A stretch of 64,000 bases of DNA, taken from the NCBI GenBank assembly GCA_013239625.1, contig MU054220.1, positions 2,665,374 through 2,729,373 of the forward strand, written 5' to 3'. The position numbers were made by a program, and so were the translations under genes. Below, piece by piece: positions 37,801 through 51,500 of this stretch (position 1 is the first letter of the stretch; each line of letters starts with the position of its first letter). Under the pieces are notes generated by a model. It was not told the origin of the DNA. It saw only the letters and a program-made list of their open reading frames with translations, and did not search any database. This DNA is from Lama guanicoe. Its lineage: Eukaryota.

Positions 37801-39832
37801 ACACTTTATGAGTGTTTTTTTTTAATTCTGCTGTGGTTACCAAAAAGCTCTTTGTTACAGTTTTGAAGCTTTGTTTAAAAAATGCTGCCTAGGCAGTTTC
37901 CCCTAATTCACAAAAAGATCATTTTTCCTTTTGTAGAAATGTGTATCACCTATTACGGTTTTTCTTCATTTCTCCATTGATGTGATGGTAGTTGATTTTA
38001 CTGAATATTTAAGTTTCCAGATTCTTCTATTGACTCGTATTAACACACCGAGTAACAGATGTCACGGTTAATATTTTGATTGTTTTGACTGATTCTGCTT
38101 ACTTCCTGAGAAATTCTTAATAACTTAAACCTTTCAAACTTGTTTCAAAGTGATAAAGATATATATATATATCAGTATGCATTAGTATTTGGTACGTGTG
38201 TATATAATTTTTGTTTCTTTAGAGGGATGTCTGAGAAAATGACTACTCAAATCTAGAGAAGTGCACTGAAATATTTTTGTATAAAAATAACCCAAAAGTT
38301 TAAAACTCAAAGTTTTGAGTTCTGGCTTTCTTAATAGACTCTGTTTACAAATTTGAACTAAGATAAAATAACATTGATAATTGGGATTCCCTATGTTTAT
38401 GAGTATATCAAAAGGTACAGTATCTTAAATTTCAGAATTGACTGCTCTTTGTGAAATAGCCTCAATTAGAAATTAAATATAGAAACTTGCTTCTGTGAAG
38501 GGTGAGAAAAACATTTAACTCTTTAGATAAAAATGAAACCTCTCAGGGTAACATTAACTTTTTCATCCTACAGGCAGTGAATACTAAAGCTTTTTTTGAA
38601 GAAATACTAACATTAGGGTTATATTAATATGCTTTAAAATTTTGTATCCTTAGTATTTTATTGCCAAAGGCTTTTGTATTTAATTACTGTTGAAAAGGAA
38701 AAAAGGAAGGGATTAAAGTTTTAGGTCTCTAACCTTTGACAGAATTCTTTTATATCTATATACAGAGCTGATGTCTTGAAATATGTTTGAATCTTCATAT
38801 TAATTTGTGCTGGGAAATATTAATGATTTATGTTGACTTCTCAGGAACTTTTTTTGGTAGGCCCTAAATATTCTTTGGGAGCATAGCAATGTATTTTGAT
38901 CACTTTAACTTTACCAGGTGCTGCTTTACGTTTTTTTTTTTTAAGAGGTAATAGTTAACACTATTAAATTTATTGTAGATAATTATTTCTTAAATAGCGT
39001 ATGTTTCCTTCTTTGTATGTATATGTGGCCCATACTATTTTGTAGGCTTTCACATTTTTCTTATTTGTGTATTGTATTTCTGAACAGTTACTGTTTGTGA
39101 GAATGTTGAAGTAGACCTTTAAGAATAACTTTTATATTGCTTGTCTATCAGGTCAGTCTTAAACTGGAGGTGGTGGGGAACTCTTTTAAGAGATAATATG
39201 TGAGTTTAAGTCATCCTTTGGGCTTTTCTAAAGCAACTTTCTTAAACTAGACACTTGTTTGGCAGTTTGAATGCCCCTTCACTTCTCTCCCTCCAGTACA
39301 CTGCAAAGTACACCGCCTCCCCCACCTCCGCTTAAATAAAAAATAGTGAGTTAGCAGGTCTTGGTTGAAGGAAAGTATTCTTTCCTATATTTCGGAATCA
39401 TCTGTGGAAATATTTTTCTGCTTTTTAAAGTAGACAAAAAAGTGAACCGATAATGTGGAGATAGGAAGGGGATGGGCCTAACAGGTTGATGATCTAGGCT
39501 TTATTTTGACTCTGTTTGTGGGCCTAGGGGAGAAAAATAACTTAAACACAGAAGCCAAAAAGATGGGTTTTGTTTTATTGTTTTGGCTGCGTTGAGAATA
39601 CAAACTGTCAGTACTTGAGGAGAAGGAGCAGCAGAAAGGAATTGATTTTTTTCTGCTGCAGATCCAAGTATTGTTAACCATGTGCATCTCTAAAGCAGCA
39701 CACTTACAAATCAAACAGTAGTTGATTCTCTCACTCAATTAACAGTCAGAACTCTAAACTGTTTTTTTTATTTAAATAAGTACCAAAAACTTCAGAATAG
39801 TGACAATAATTTCCTGATAAAAGTGAGTGATA

Positions 39833-39846
39833 GTAACCATGGCAAC
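39833..39846. promoter_or_regulatory. Candidate RFX X-box in intron 1
   Basis: GTAACCATGGCAAC fits GTNRCC-N0-3-RGYAAC exactly and lies outside recognisable repeats. Confidence 0.5.
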
Positions 39847-42800
39847 TGCTATCTCAGGCCTATGGACAGTATGTTGTATTGATGATGCTTCAGATCCTGT
39901 AGTAGCCTGTCACTTTCATGGTGAAATGTAGTAGCATGTGTTGCAGGTGATTTTTAGCTGGATTGTGTTAAATTTGTGTGCCAGCTTATCTTTCCTTGTT
40001 AGGAATTTCTTGGACTGTATTCCACAGCATGTTTGTGAAGGTGCTGTTGCCTGAAAATAACCCACCACCTGTGTTAGGCCTCCTGATGCAGATTGCACTT
40101 AGTTCTTTCCCAGCCTCCTTCCTCAGTCTTTCAGAAAATAGGGGTGTGTGTAGAAACTATATACATAAATTACAGCTCAAAGTTATTCACTTTAACTTAA
40201 AAAAAACTTTTGTGTTTTTAGAAGGATGAGAAAAAAGGGTCTGTAGTTGGAATTTTTTTTCTAAGTGTTCTTTTCAGAAACTTGTGTGTGTGAAATGAGG
40301 GGTGAATGGAGGGCTTAAATATTGAGTTAAGGACTTGACAAAAGAGGAACTTCAGTATGATGGGTTTTTGTTTTTGTGTGTGTGTATGTGTATGAGATGG
40401 TGTTATATATGTATGTATTACTATAAGAATATATTTCCTAGTGGGCAATATTAGAGTATGGAAAATGTTTTCATATGAGAATTTTCTTCAAGAAAAATTA
40501 TTTATTAAACATAACTTGAATGACTGTTAAGAGAAAGCACGATAAAACAAAACTTTTTTTGAAGAGGGGGATAGAAAGCTTTGAAACTGATCAAGCCAGA
40601 CTCAAAAAAAATTGTTTTAAAAATTGTATCTTTAAATATAATTTAAAAGTTGTAATCGCATCTGTTTTGCTTTTTAAGTATTTCTTTTTTATGCTTATCC
40701 TGTTGTATGCTTATCCTGTATAAAGTTTTTCTAATGTGACAGTGTTGGTCTAAATATTAATTGATACTTTTTCCAGTATATGCTAAAGAATCTGTGCTGG
40801 AGCAAAGAACAATTATATGTGAATTTGACCAGGCCCTGATAATAAGCTCTAGTCAATTTGTGCTAGATAGTTCAGACTTTGTTGAAACTTACGTGATGGG
40901 GTGAAGTGGTTTACTTACTACAAGTCCCAAGATGCACTGCGGTTTTTTGCCTTGCTCCAGATTACAGCATTGCATGCTGGGACCTGTAGTTGCTTTAAAC
41001 AGCACAGGGAACCCTTCCCTCTTGTCTACTCCATTTTATACACAGCTTCCCAAGCCTGTAAGAACTTTCTGCTAAGTAAAGTTTGATTGCTAATACCACG
41101 ATTATTATGCTGCTTATATTCTAAAGTGAGTCTTCAGAAACACCGTAGTGTTTTAGTTTACCTTCGATGAGTTTGCTGTTTTTTAAAATCAGTTACTGTA
41201 AGATTTACTTGTAAAATAACAGATATATGTGTATATATTCACACCTTGACTTAGCAATTGTAAATTTTTTTTTCTTTGATGATATAGGTCTCTTTATAAT
41301 TGCAGCATTAACTGATGGCTAGTATGGGCATTAGAATTAGAAGCCCATTATTGTAGAGCCTGATATATATATGCTGTTCTCTTTCCTTTGACTGGGGACA
41401 GTTATTCAGTAGTTAAAGTTGAATGGAAGGGTATTTTGGGGCCAGTATTTAAGTTTAGTTTTTTTTATTCTTATTTAATGATTGTCAACATCTTAAATCT
41501 CAGTATTCTTTAAATGGAAGACAGATTCCTGAAAATAGATATTGTTTACTGTGAATTTAATACTCAAAGGTATAGTCTGAAAGGTAGAGAAAAAGGTGTT
41601 TTCTTTAATAGTTTTATTTTCATTTGTGAAATTAAAATTTCTGTCCTTTTGAGGATTCTAATACACTTACTTTATTAACTAATATCAGTATTGTTGCAGA
41701 GATTAAATGTTAAAATCTGTGAAAGTGCTTAGCACAGTGCCTGGCATGTAAGAAAGGCTCAGTAAGTGTTTAGAATTAGCAGCAGCAGTAGTAGTAGTGG
41801 TTATTGTTATTTAAAAAAAAATAGCATGCTTTACATTTTTTCTTCTCTTATGTTATTTGATCAGAGGCCCAGGATGTTCTACTAAGGCCTAGAGATTTTT
41901 GGCCAATGGTAATTATGTGGTAATTCCTTAGAATTTTTCACTGTACATAAATGTCTTCCACCTCAGTTTCTCCCTAAGTGATATGTGCACGAAGTCAGAC
42001 AACCAGCCAGGAGCAGAATTTTGACCAGAATTCAGTGCTGCCTATTCAGCACTCTTTGCCACTGTACCGAGGTCTTTGGTTGACTTTGGAAAGTTCAAAA
42101 GATAATGAAAATTTCTTCATTCATAATGTTTGCACTGTTAGAACATCCAAACTAGTTGATTAATGAAAATAAGATCCTGCAGAAATGTTCCTTGTGTCAC
42201 AGTGTATGTAACCTTAGAAAAATTCTGTTGTGTTTAGAGGCATGAACTGATCTATCACCACAGCTCACAGTGTTACAGGATTGATGTATTGGAGGCCATT
42301 GAGCAAGCCCAGAAAGAAAATGTAGTTTCAGGTCTGGGTTGTACTTAAAATGTTAGGTTCAAAGAAATCATAAGTCTTTACATTATTTTTTCTCTTTTGG
42401 GACACTAACTTCTTTTAGGCCCTTGAACTTGTTCATGGATATTTTTAACTACATGGCTTTTAGCCATATGAGAAGGGAAAGGGACACCTGGGAATATTGA
42501 AAAATGTAGGCATAAGTTGTGATGTATGGTGCCTCAGTTTGAGTGTATGCAGAACCAGGGAAGTGTCTTTCTTACCTACTTGGTCAGTGTCTATTCCAGC
42601 AGAGTTCCTGGAATGTTATTGCCTGCTGAGGGCTGTTGTGTTTATTTAAGAAAACTGTATTTGGTAGTAATTATTTAAGTACTTGTTTCCACAACAAACC
42701 AACCCACTGTAATAATATTAACCTTTATTTTTCCTCATAAATGTGAACTGAAGTTTGTTAATGTTTGTATATTGGACATTAGATTCTTTAGACGTGTCAT

Positions 42801-43561
42801 AAATTTATGGAATCTGATATGCCTCCGCACTATGAATGGTTTTATTTATTTTATATTAACTTGTCTTTTCAATACCTAATATTAAAATGAAATAAATTTG
42901 GAGATTACAAAGATGTTAAATTCAAAAGGCTAAGTGTAAGGGAGAGAATACTCTCTACTATTAATTGGCCGATGCAAGAAGTTTGGATGAATTCTTATAT
43001 ACATTTTATAGTTATGCACACTTGTGTGATTCCTGAAATACTTAAGTTGAAAGTAAGGAGAGGAAATAAGGAGAGTAAAAATTGGGCAGCCATATGTAAT
43101 TCTCTGTGGAGTCCTCTGACACACCTAAACTATTGAGCACAGTTTTCTTTCTTTCTTTCTTTCTTTTTTGGAAATGTCCCAGGCCACTGTAAATGAAACA
43201 TTTGTAATGGTGTCAGAAGACCTGGCTTTTTCAAGACCAAGCCTGTCACTAACTCTGTACTGTTGAGAAATTCAGCCTAGCTGGACTTTAGTTTTCTCGG
43301 TACTGTAGTAAAATGAAGATTTTAGTAAAAGCCTGCTTCACTATGCTGTTAAAAGGATTAGATGAGATAGTACTCATGAATGAAAGGTTTAGACTGAAGA
43401 AATATATATAAATTGAGTTTCTAATCACTAATAGATGGCTGGATTTTAAGGTATTTGTCTATATGGTGTTAACAATGATTATATTTTTAAAAATTTAAAT
43501 ATGTGAGTTAGAATTAATTGGTGAGTTAGTTCCCCCCACCACAGTCAACAGACAACTTCTT

Positions 43562-43702
43562 TTTATTTCCTTTTTAAAAAAATTTTTTTTGGGGGGGTGA
43601 TTATGTTCATTTATTTATTTTTAGAGGAGATAACTGGGGATTAAACCCAGGACCCTGTGCATGCTAGGCATGCACTCTACCACTTGAGCTATATCCTGTC
43701 CC
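43562..43702 (-). mobile_element. tRNA-derived SINE (Vic-1-like)
   Basis: Reverse-complement A/B boxes and perfect 16-bp TSD CAACAGACAACTTCTT at 43546-43561 and 43703-43718. Confidence 0.9.
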
Positions 43703-43999
43703 CAACAGACAACTTCTTAATGTATGTCTACAGTGTAGTTCTTGACAATATGCACTGATGCATTTGTGTGTATATATCATATATATAAATATATATATGA
43801 ATATCATAAATAGCATAAATGTACTGGTGTATTATGGTAATGAAAAGTTTCAATTATGGGCTTTTATGTTGAAAAATATTTTTGTATGTTAAATATACAG
43901 ACTTACACAAACATATTTGTTCTTAGAGAAATGACATAAATAAAAGGCTTTAAATATTTGGCAGTTTGTGAATAGTTTTTGTATTTTCAGGTTATCTGT

Positions 44000-44250
44000 T
44001 GTTATAATAATAACTTAACATTTACTAAGTGTTTATTATGGTGGTGCTAAGCCTTTCTACATGTAGGATCTCATTTAATTTTAATCCTCACAGCAATATT
44101 CTGAGGATTTACTCTTATTATCTTATCTCCCCCCACCCCCACTTTACAGATGAGGAAATGAAGGCTTCCCTGGGATCACATAGGTTGCAAATGATACAAT
44201 CTGAATTCAAGCCAGGTTTGATTCTAGAGCCCCTCCTCTTAATGCTGTAT
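44000..44250 (-). mobile_element. MIR SINE
   Basis: tttaatcctcacagcaa...ttacagatgaggaaatgaaggct. Confidence 0.7.
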
Positions 44251-44657
44251 TAAATTGTGTAATTCCCATAGAAACCTAGAAAGTGAATTACTAAAAAAGT
44301 TTTCAGTTTACTGAAAGGACAACAGCTATGAAGTATCCTTTTAAAAATGTTTCATCTGATTTTGGTTGAGTTAGGTTGAAAGTTCTGGAGATAGTAAGCA
44401 CTGGAATGGAATGAAATGAAATGAAGGCATTTGGGATAGGTATGTCCTGTTCATCATTTTATGCCCATTGCCAAGCACAGTACCTAGTATAGAGTGGGGT
44501 CTAACATCTCTTTCTTAAAGATTGAAAGTTGAGCACTGTAGCATGGTAGGTTATTTTATGTTTCCTTAGTAGATGCAGATAGTTTTACACTGGTTATTTC
44601 AGTTAGTCCTTATGTAATTTTCAACATTTTAGAAGGTTTGATGCTGTCTTTTTTTTC

Positions 44658-44691
44658 ACACTTGATCTTAGCCAAAAGGCCAAGAAGTGAT
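44658..44691 (-). pseudogene. RNU2: 3'-truncated U2 snRNA retropseudogene (U2 nt 1-34)
   Basis: Minus strand ATCACTTCTTGGCCTTTTGGCTAAGATCAAGTGT versus U2 ATCGCTTCTCGGCCTTTTGGCTAAGATCAAGTGT (32/34). 16-bp TSD TGCTGTCTTTTTTTTC at 44642-44657 and 44692-44707. Confidence 0.93.
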
Positions 44692-47600
44692 TGCTGTCTT
44701 TTTTTTCAAAAAAAAATATTAAAAAGCAGAGCATTGGAGTTATTAAAGTAATACTTGCAATATAGATATGTATAAAGTAGAAAACTAAAGTTATCCCGTT
44801 CTTAGTCTACTTAAAAAGTTTCCTGTGCATTTAAATGTGCATAATATGTATACATTTTAAAGATAAGTAGAATTACACCACAATACTCTCTTGAAGTTTA
44901 TGTTTTTCAGGTGACTATTTTAAAAACTTGCCTGTTTTTGAAAATAAGGCTCAGGTGGGAAGTAGGAGTGAGGTTGGAAGGAAGAGAGGTGGGTAAGATT
45001 AATATATAAACATTAAGGTTATGAATGTAATGCCCTAGACTGATCATTACCTATGGGGCAAAAAGCATTTTAATGGGGGTGTGTGTGTGTGTGTTTGTTT
45101 TCTTTACTTGCACCTAATGCTTTAGAACTGGTCATTGTTATTTTTAACATTTTGAAGAATGTCAATTGTTGTAAAATGACAACTTTGTTTTGTCCTGCAC
45201 AGGTAATTTAGGAGACATCATTTCAGAATTAAATTCTGCTATTTTATTCTGGTAGTTTCTTATAAAGAGATTAATTGTGGTTTCAGATAACTTTTTTAAA
45301 ACTGGAAGTCTCTCTTCCTGATTGTTAGGAGGCATTCATTCAACGTTTACACAGTAGAGTTTTTAAAACCAAGAAAATACTTGTACTATTTTAATTAATA
45401 GAAACTCAAACCAGTACTGCTTAATTGGCATGATGGATACACTGCCTAGGAATTAGTTTTTCATATGAGTAGTGTCGGCAGACCTCACCCTCATCCCTAT
45501 CCCTGCTCACTCAGCCACCTTCACGTGCTATGCTGTACTGGTAACCTAGCATTTTTTAAAGAAGGGGAAAAAAGGTAAATTATTGGAAGTGCAAACAATT
45601 TATTGAATGCTAATAATTAGTTTTTCTGGTGCTTTGTGTGTGTGTGTGCATATATATATATATGTATTTGTATAAATACACACACACACACACACACCCC
45701 CCATACTCATGCATTTTTAAATATCTTTTGATTCAGGGTTTGAGAGTTTTAACTTGTTGATAAGGGTATTATTCATAATTCACTTTTGTAACTTTCAAAT
45801 TAAAAAATTTTATTTCATGGGTAGTAAGTTTTTCATTATGGAAGTTTTAAAAAAAGTCTAAGCCTAGAATGCAGTCATATCTAAGGGGGTTTACACTTCT
45901 TTAGATCCATATTTAGTAAAGTGCTAAAGCATGGCCTTAAAATTCTAAGAATTGGATCTGATAGCATGTAGCAGTTAACTAGTTTTAACAAGCCAAGTTA
46001 AGGGTATTTCTCATTGGTAGCATTCATAGTGCTTTTCACTTTGTGTGGCTCAGACCATACCTTGGAGAAGAGTATTTTATTATTTCTCATAATAGTTTTA
46101 TAAGTGTACAAATGCCTCAGTTCATGTCGTGGATGGTAAACTGAGGCAGAGACAAGAATTTAAATAAGTTAATAGCAGAGCCTAATTTTCCTAACTTTGT
46201 TATTCTAGATTTGGTCTTCTGTAGTACCCAAACTTTTAAATCCTATGGCCACCAGTAAATGTATATTTATATATAATTTCCTGAACCTGGTATTTTATGT
46301 GTGTTATAAAACATACAGGAAATTTGAAACTTTAAAAGGATGAGATTTAAGAATAATAAGTTGTGATAATTTCTTCCCGTGGCCCCCTTCCTTCCCCAGG
46401 ATGGGCACACCCACTTGGAGACTAACGTTCTAGATAGGCCTTTCTTCTTCGGCAGAAGAGGTAGCCATGGGGACACCTGAAGGACAATTGGTACAAGATG
46501 TGGGGCTTTTAAGTTGGAGTGATCTTTTACAGCTTTTTAATTTTAAAGAAACAGCCTTTTTTTCTGTGAAGGCTGAAAGATCGAGAGTAAAGGCCTTGAG
46601 AGAGGTTAGCTTAAAAGACAGAAATGTAGGCCTTATTTGTTTTCTTCAGAGTTGACCAGAAGGAAAAGGCTGGCCTACCCGGACAGCTCCTACTCCCACT
46701 ATGGAGATGGCATTGCCTTTTTCTGTTGTTGTTAGGCAGTTTATAGCATGCAGGATAGCTTGGTAAGCGTCTTCTCCGTGCCTGATGTGACGTAACATTG
46801 TGGAGTATGCAGCATGCATGTTAAGTACAAGTGGTTGTATTTGGCTTGTTGCTGCAGCATTTTTGAGGTTGTCTTAAAAAGCAATTATCACTCGATAGAG
46901 TTGGATATGTGAAAATTATTGAAATCATCGTATCATGGAGACCAAACTTTGTAACTTGAATTATTCTATTTAGTATTTGTTTACTACCCCTCTGCCCCCC
47001 TCAATACCTCAGAGCAAATTCTCTTCTGAAAGGAACAGATGCCGTTAGCTTATCAGGACCTGATACTAAAAAGCCCACAAAAAATCTTTGTGGTGCTTAT
47101 TTTCTTTATTTAATCTATATGCAAAGCATATTGTAATTATTGCTGTTAGAGGGTTTTAAGCTGATGGTTCCTCCCCACCCTTTTTATGCTCAGGGGAGAT
47201 AGATCAGGAATGCCAAATTGACAACTTGGTATAAAGAAATAATGACCACTGAAATAAAACAGGAGTTCAAATTAAAAAGCAAACCAGATACAAATGTAGA
47301 ATGAAAATATCTTTTAGTAAAATGTTAGCATGCTGTGCTTGGAACAGATGCCACATTAATTCAAAAGAGAGCCCAGAAAATGTGGCAACTTTACGATGTC
47401 AATGGAGGGAGCTGCAGTAGTTTCTGTTCTCATTGTGTCAAGTTCTCAGTACCTCCAGGTCCAGACCCGTTTCTCTGTATATTTATTTTCTGTGTATGTT
47501 ACATGTGAATATACAGATATTAAATCCATGCTTAATATTTTTGTTTTATGTTATTAAATGCATTGTCACACTAATAGATATTAGGGTAAGAGTCCAATAA

Positions 47601-48279
47601 CTTGTAATCTAACAGTAATGATTCTTGTTTTAATATGCATATCAATATATAAAGAATCTGAGGCAAAAATGGGCTTTTCTCTATACCCTTCAAGGCACAT
47701 TTATGATAATAAGGTAGTCTAAGAATTGAGGCTTTCAAAGAGGCCTAGTGCTTTTTGAATGTAGAATTTGGAAAAGTTACAAAACTGTAAGAATTTTGCA
47801 TTTTTTTCTCATTTAAATTTGTAGTTATCATTGGACATTTGTTGTGATTTTTAAGTAGCTGAGATTCATTCATTCCTTTTGCTATGTTTTTTATGTTGTT
47901 TGGGAAGAAGAAGAAAGGGTGATAGAAGGGTACTGTACATACTTGGATACTTCCAGAGTGACATTCATTTTGTAGAAGATTGCACTGGGACATCTCTGAA
48001 TTGCCTATTTCTTGCAATGCATGGTTAGTGTGGGTCTGAGTGTGGCGAGAGATGGGCTGGGGGCTCTTAACCAGATTTACAGTGTGCCACTTCCCGAGCA
48101 GTGCAATGATCTAATCACCAGGGGCATATCCTGTGTGCCTGTAAAGAAGTCTGGTGCTCATACTCAGAAAAGCACTACCGGTTCTCGCAGTTAGTGGAAG
48201 TGCAAAGACTTACAATTTAGTAATTTTGTTGAAAAGGTTAAAGTTTTGTTTTCATGCAATTCAAGTGAAGGGAAGTTTT

Positions 48280-48550
48280 CAGCATGGCAGTAGAGCACAG
48301 TGGTTAAGAGTATGGGTGCTGGAGCTTGAGCCAGTCTTCATAGGCTCAGATCCTGGCTTTGCTCTGCTCAGTCTGGCTTTGTATTAATTCTGTGACAATG
48401 GCCAAATCATTTCACCCTCCATGCCTCTGCTTCAGTTTATTCACCTTTAAAATATGAATAAATAATGTACCTTATTCTGAGGTTGTTATGACGAATAAAT
48501 AAGTGCCTGACACATAGTAAGCGCTAAATAAATGGTAGCTACTGTTACTT
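48280..48550 (+). mobile_element. MIR SINE
   Basis: agcacagtggttaagag...gtgcctgacacatagtaagcgct. Confidence 0.7.
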
Positions 48551-51500
48551 AACCTTAATTCTGGACTCTTCTCTTCTTAAGGCTTGAAACAAATGTTGCA
48601 TAGTGGGAAAAGAGCCTGAGCTTGGGGTCTGACCAAGCCTTAGCTTGGGGTCTGACTGGAATCTCAGTACAACCACTTAAAGTTGAGTGTGTGAACTTGG
48701 ACTAATTATTTATGCTCCCTTCAACAAAGATGTCTCCTGTACATGCTGTATACCAAGCATTGTACTCTTCACTTGGACTTCAGTTTCTTTACTCATGACA
48801 TAGGGATGATAATACCACCCTCCTTGGATTGATGTGAAGATAAAATGGGAAAATCTTAAAACATTTGATAAGGAATATCTGCTTTTATCATTCTTACTGT
48901 TACAGTCCCACTAAAAATTTATGGGAAAAGAGTAAATATGGAACAACTTAGGTAGAAAGGAGGGTTTTTTCCTGAAGTGTCATGATGAGAAAAGGTATGG
49001 ATGGTAAAAGTGATCTACTAAATTCTTATTTGTGAAAATCACTGAGAGAAATATAAAATACATGGGCATATGTTTTAACTGAGACTTTAAAAAGTACTTC
49101 AGGGCACTTTATTAAAATTCTTAGTGATAAAAGATTTTTTTTTTGCATCAAGATACTGGTGCAGTTTACAGTAGGTCACTTAGTGTCAAGGCACTAATAG
49201 GCTAGGCAGTATAAGTCACAAGTCCAAAATGCTAATCAGCTGGTCAGTCCATTGGGACTACTGCTCAGGACAAATTATTTGTGTTTGTTTAACCCTTGAG
49301 AACACATGCTTGGTGTAATAACTATTGGAAACAAGTGTAGAACCCCAGAGATATAAAAGTGGCATGCAAATGCTTTCTAGTAATGATGGACACACTTTAT
49401 TTGCCTTCTGCTTTTGGGCATTTTGCCTTTGTGAAATTTCCTTTCATCTGGTGCTTGGTCTTTTCTTATAGTAATTGTTATTTTTCTTTCTATATTTAAT
49501 CATCATATGTTACTTGCATTGAGCCTAGAAAGAAACTAGGCTTGAGAACAAGTTGATCGTGAGAAAAGCCATACTTTAGGTCTCTGCCTTACAGTGATCT
49601 CAGAATTAAGTTTTTTTTTTTTTTTGGTGAAGAATTAGAGTTTTTAATATATCCATTAGTATGAAGGTCTGTATAAGTGTATATATCTATCTGGTAAGAG
49701 AAACCAGTAGTTGAGGAAAGTAGAATGATCACTAAGTATGAAATAAAATTAATTTTATTTGTTCACTGCCAATTTGGATCTAAAACTGTTTTGATCTTTG
49801 ATCTATATAGTTTTTTTCCTGGGATTCAACAAATATAGTTGTAATAGCTTACCAAAACATCCTGAATATGGTATATGTTACCACTAGTGAGCATTTGAGT
49901 TAAAAATAGAAAAATAACTTCCATTAACTTTTTGTTCTCATTTACCCACCTGCACTATTTTGATAAAGGCCTAGTAGGTAGATAGACGTATTTACTATAT
50001 TTTATGTTGTCTGTGTTCTTAAAACATTGTTTCTGTTTTCTGAGCAGAAATTCCAACAAGTTTGTTTTAATGAAGTGCTATACTTTAGCTCAACAAATAT
50101 TTTAAAAATTAAGTAATTTTATAGCCAGCTATATAGTGTTTTTTCAATTAAAAAATTATGTCACTTTACAATAGCTAGAGTAGTCAGTAAGTAAAGCTTT
50201 GTAGTTTTAAATTAGCATAGCATATGTATAATATAAAGTTTTCTTTACTTCAGCCCATACACAGGGCCTATAAAATTTGCTCCTCTTGGTTGAGTGGAAT
50301 TGTAAAAAGTTTAGAGCGTATTGGTATTTCGTTTTAACAAATAACAGGGGTTAGAAAATAGACCTCATGGTATCTTTGGGGTTGATTTAAAGAAATACAC
50401 AATGTGGAAAGTCATTTTGTCCCTGCCTAATTTGTAAAAGTTAGGCTACTTATGACAGGGCTGGAGTCCCGTTATACTTGTGCAGAAACCTGTCGGCTTC
50501 AGTGCTGCATCTTCTAGAGGGTTGCCGCCAGCAGTTGGCCGCGCACAGGCCCACCATCGCTTTCCTCTCCCCGCTTCTTTACTGTCTTTGCTGTCTCTTC
50601 TCCGCATATGCTATTCCCTGTCTGCTGATCATCACTCCCTCCAAAACAACCACCATCTTAATCTATTTCTCTTAAAAACAAAACAAAACAAAACACCATT
50701 GTAATTACTAGTTTTTGAACAGAAAGAGCTGTTATCAAGACCTTAAGGCTTTAACAGTTTGTGGACCTCTCCATTTAGGGCCCTCAGCCAGGAGTTGGAT
50801 AAAACAAGTAGCTTAAAATCACTTACACAGTAACAGTGTTTTTGATACATTTTCTAACTGGACTAAGGGAGAGAATAGAAAAAGAACTTTTTCCCTCAGA
50901 AGTTGCTGTATTTTCTGGTAGGAGTGGAGTGGGGTCATAGTTGGGGAGGAGATAGCCTTGTTACTTAACCAAGATAAAGGAAATAGGAAGTATTAATTTA
51001 TTAGATTGCCTTCTGTAGTCCTGTGGACCTAACTGGAGAAGAAAATGGAAATGTTGGTGTTGCTGATTCTGAAAGTATTTTGATTTAGTAGTAGAGAGGG
51101 CTAGTATAATTTCTTTCTATAGTTTGTAAAGTACGAAATATGGCTATGATGCCTTGTTATTATGCATTGATGGCTTTCATTTCATTGTTAGTACTTCGAA
51201 AATAGCAGACCCTTTCCTTTTGAGATTTCTCCTAGTGGTTTTTAACTATTAACTGAATTGTCTTGGTAAGAAAAGTAAAATTTGGAAATTAGCTGTGGTT
51301 ACATGTTAATGGTTATGTTGGACTTAAATTCAGTAGCTTCTAAGATCTATACCAGGCATTTCATCCATTATTCAGTTACACACAGAAAAAAACATATTTG
51401 AGACAAGAGCCTTAACTTTAAAGGATTTTAAAAGAACTACTTTTTATGAAAATTAAAAAACATACACAGTAGAGTGAGTAATATTAACAAATCCCACATA

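Noticed and set aside
48619..48656. 15-bp direct repeat AGCTTGGGGTCTGAC
   Set aside because: Only two copies inside a degenerate MIR, so a simple local duplication rather than an array.
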